A DNA stretch of 58,975 nt from an uncultured virus (IMG/VR IMGVR_UViG_3300010282_000326) (lineage: Duplodnaviria; Heunggongvirae; Uroviricota; Caudoviricetes). The notes under the pieces were generated by a model. That model had not been told where the DNA came from. It was given only the letters and a program-made list of their open reading frames with translations, and made no database searches. The stretch lies in IMG/VR virus record IMGVR_UViG_3300010282_000326, one strand, 5' to 3'. Below, piece after piece: positions 56,815-58,975 of this stretch. The translations under genes and the position numbers were made by a program. Position 1 is the first letter of the stretch. Each line of letters begins with the position of its first letter.

Positions 56815-57006
56815 ATGGCTATTCAAGTAGATAACTACTTGACAACTGGCGAGGTTGCATCAGTTCTCGGAGTTACTATTCCGACAGTTAAATCTTATAT
56901 AGATAAGGGCTATCTTAAAGTTGACTTAAAGTTGCCAAGTGGGAGAATTAAAATCAAAGAGGAACAAGTAATAGAGTTTCTAAAAAAATTAAAAGGAGAA
57001 GAATAA
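56815..57006 (+). CDS. excisionase/MerR-like helix-turn-helix protein
   Basis: YLTTGEVASVLGVTIPTVKSYIDKGYL...PSGRIKI; AGGAGG RBS. Confidence 0.85.
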   Translation: MAIQVDNYLTTGEVASVLGVTIPTVKSYIDKGYLKVDLKLPSGRIKIKEEQVIEFLKKLKGEE

Positions 57007-57744
57007 ATGAGCGGTATTGAAGAAATTACTAAGCGTATTTCAGTAGCTAATGCTGAAAGTAAGAGACTCAACAATGAAAGACAGGTTAATATTGGTAAGA
57101 AAGAGACTTTAACACAGCAGTTGAATGAAGCTATCAAGAAGTACAATGAGATTTATGGTACTTCTATTACAGTTGATACTGTTGATAAAGAGGTTGAGAG
57201 AGTTTCTGCTATCAAGGAGAAAGAGGTAAGTGTTGTTGAGAATATACTTACTCTCATTCAGAATGGTCAGTATGAAGAAGCAAAGAAAGCAGCAGGGGTA
57301 GTTGAAGCCCCTAAAGAAGAAGAGAATAAACAGGTTGAGGCTGTTACAGCACCGACTCCAGTAGTTGAAACACTTGCTCAGCCAGAACCAGTCAAAGAAG
57401 TTGAAACTGTTAAGGTAGAGGAGCCTAAACAGGTTGGGGCTGTTACAGCACCAGCAGCAGAAGCAGTTGTAACACCTCCAGTAGCTCCATCACCTACTGC
57501 AACTACAAATAAAGCAACTTTAGGTGTACCATCTATGGTTGAGGGAGAAGCTTCAACAGAAGCAAGTCTTAAAAAGCCTAATCTTAGTGGTATTGATGCT
57601 CTTGATGGATTTACACAGGGTACAGGTGCTGTTGCACCACCTCCAGTTGTAGCTCCTCAGCCAGAAAAAGTTGATAATGGAGATGTAGTTGCACCACCTC
57701 CGAGTTTTGATTCTATATTAAATGGAACAGCATTCAAGCTTTAA
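57007..57744 (+). CDS. coiled-coil protein with Pro/Ala/Val-rich disordered tail
   Basis: Heptad-like N-terminus; repeated KQVxAVTAP and VAPPP motifs. Confidence 0.7.
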   Translation: MSGIEEITKRISVANAESKRLNNERQVNIGKKETLTQQLNEAIKKYNEIYGTSITVDTVDKEVERVSAIKEKEVSVVENILTLIQNGQYEEAKKAAGVVEAPKEEENKQVEAVTAPTPVVETLAQPEPVKEVETVKVEEPKQVGAVTAPAAEAVVTPPVAPSPTATTNKATLGVPSMVEGEASTEASLKKPNLSGIDALDGFTQGTGAVAPPPVVAPQPEKVDNGDVVAPPPSFDSILNGTAFKL

Positions 57745-57760
57745 GAGGGGGTAGTTAGTT

Positions 57761-58975
57761 ATGAGAATTTCTTGTAATGATTATGATAAATTAATGGCTA
57801 TACTTACAGATGCTTCTTTTGTTATTGAAGACCCAATGACAAAGGAAGAGGCAAGAAATATTGTCTTTAAGTTAGAAAAGGGTGATTCTGTAACTGGTCA
57901 TGTTATTGGATATAATAATATTGTGACTTTTAAACAGGTTTTATCTAAAGAGTTCTTTGATATAACCTTAGAAGACTCTGATAATGATATTGTACTTTTC
58001 CAGATAAAAAGTAAGGTACTTTTAGGATTCTTAAACACTTATAAAAATTTAAGAAGAACTTATGTTAATGAAGTGATTTTTGAGTTTACTCCTACTGGGG
58101 CACTTAAGTGTACAGTTATTGAGAAAGATAAGGCTGATGAGGATTCTATGTTTGAAGATGATACTGTTAAAGAGTATGTATCACAGAAAGTATTTAAGCT
58201 TCGACCAGTAGCAAATAATCAGCTTGAGCAGATAAATATGACAGCACCAAGTGCAGAGTTAATTACAATTCCTTGTTTAAATCTTCTTTTCCATATTAAG
58301 AATTTGGCAGGATTACTTCAGCAGGGTACTAATATCTATAGTATGCTTCAGTTTGATAATGATTATGTTGTTGTAGTTAATCCATCTTTCACAGTAACTA
58401 TGCAGAATAATGTTCAAGATGGTGATATCTTCAAAGGCATTTCTATTTATTATAAGGGTATTAGTTTCCTTAATAGACTTTGTTTACCTTTAGATTCTAT
58501 TGAGGTTTCTAAAGACCAGAATCATGTCTATATTAAGACAGAAAATACAGAGTCATTCATAAGATACAGCACTCAGATTAGTAATTATAATATGTTCTTA
58601 GAGGCTTTCAAGCATAATGAGAATGGTCTTGCATTTGATAAGCTGTATTTCAAGGATGTTATAAGACGACTTAGTCTTGAAGATGAAACAGTAGAATTTG
58701 GGGTAGATGTTGAGAATAATATGCTTACTCTTTCAAATAGCAGTTTCAATCAGGAGATGCCTGCTATAAAGATGAAGAATATGGAAGTATTTAGTACAAC
58801 CAAGTTTAAGATTATGCCAGACATCTTTAATCAGGTGCTGATTGGTGATGAATCTTTTGATGATACAACTTTTATATATTATTACAAGAGTGATAATAGT
58901 AAGTTGGTGTTCTTTACTGATGCTACAAGAGATTGGTTTGCAGTAGCAAGAGTAAATATGTATGAAGTAAAATAG
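57761..58975 (+). CDS. putative DNA sliding clamp (DnaN/beta-like)
   Basis: About 400 aa with a three-fold repeated helix + beta-strand pattern (e.g. AFDKLYFKDVIRRL...LTLSNS); replication context. Confidence 0.5.
   Translation: MRISCNDYDKLMAILTDASFVIEDPMTKEEARNIVFKLEKGDSVTGHVIGYNNIVTFKQVLSKEFFDITLEDSDNDIVLFQIKSKVLLGFLNTYKNLRRTYVNEVIFEFTPTGALKCTVIEKDKADEDSMFEDDTVKEYVSQKVFKLRPVANNQLEQINMTAPSAELITIPCLNLLFHIKNLAGLLQQGTNIYSMLQFDNDYVVVVNPSFTVTMQNNVQDGDIFKGISIYYKGISFLNRLCLPLDSIEVSKDQNHVYIKTENTESFIRYSTQISNYNMFLEAFKHNENGLAFDKLYFKDVIRRLSLEDETVEFGVDVENNMLTLSNSSFNQEMPAIKMKNMEVFSTTKFKIMPDIFNQVLIGDESFDDTTFIYYYKSDNSKLVFFTDATRDWFAVARVNMYEVK

Noticed and set aside
56815..57006. Integrated prophage/ICE boundary implied by the excisionase-like gene
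   Set aside because: No integrase, att-like repeat or compositional break nearby; such HTH proteins are often plain regulators
450..57146. Other short minus-strand ORFs and nested alternative-frame plus-strand ORFs (e.g. 7506-7919, 31676-31993, 34048-34230, 43458-43712, 48079-48261)
   Set aside because: They lie within or largely overlap well-supported + strand genes, lack an RBS or motifs, and look like shadow frames
1..58975. Alternative genetic code (stop-codon reassignment as in some gut jumbo phages)
   Set aside because: Long conserved genes are intact under code 11, TAG/TGA/TAA all end genes at sensible positions, and no suppressor tRNA is seen
1..58975. Ordinary bacterial chromosome segment
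   Set aside because: Single-strand gene layout, mostly orphan ORFs, divergent or partial replication genes, scattered tRNAs without rRNA, and no housekeeping operons

Overview
AT-rich (roughly 30% GC by eye) segment of a large extrachromosomal element, either a jumbo phage or a megaplasmid-like replicon. The host is probably a Firmicute (Clostridia-like), judging by sigmaA-type promoters, AGGAGG ribosome-binding sites, a sortase and FloA. Essentially all real genes lie on the + strand and use the standard code. No capsid, terminase, integrase, relaxase, rRNA or CRISPR array is visible, so phage versus plasmid cannot be settled here. Contents: a GT2 + GT-C glycosylation pair; a tRNA cluster (Ile2-CAT, Leu-TAA, Gln-TTG, Pro-TGG) interleaved with structured non-coding segments; FtsH plus a frameshifted FloA; PilT; a YwfO/YwgA-like HD-hydrolase pair; an orphan adenine methyltransferase; a replication/recombination set (family A polymerase, Toprim primase, RecD2-like helicase, SSB-like protein, Mre11/SbcD, half-SbcC, ligase C-terminal half, putative clamp and clamp-loader subunit); a sortase; and a serpin-like protein. 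The most striking unexplained signals are (1) a strongly over-represented, strand-polarised hexamer GGGGTA (about 75-80 copies on +, almost none on -), (2) a cassette of four paralogous exported proteins that join different predicted cell-wall-hydrolase domains to one conserved membrane anchor, with an SGNH esterase in the middle, and (3) pseudoknot-rich ncRNA candidates between the tRNAs. All calls come from reading motifs by eye; no database search was run.
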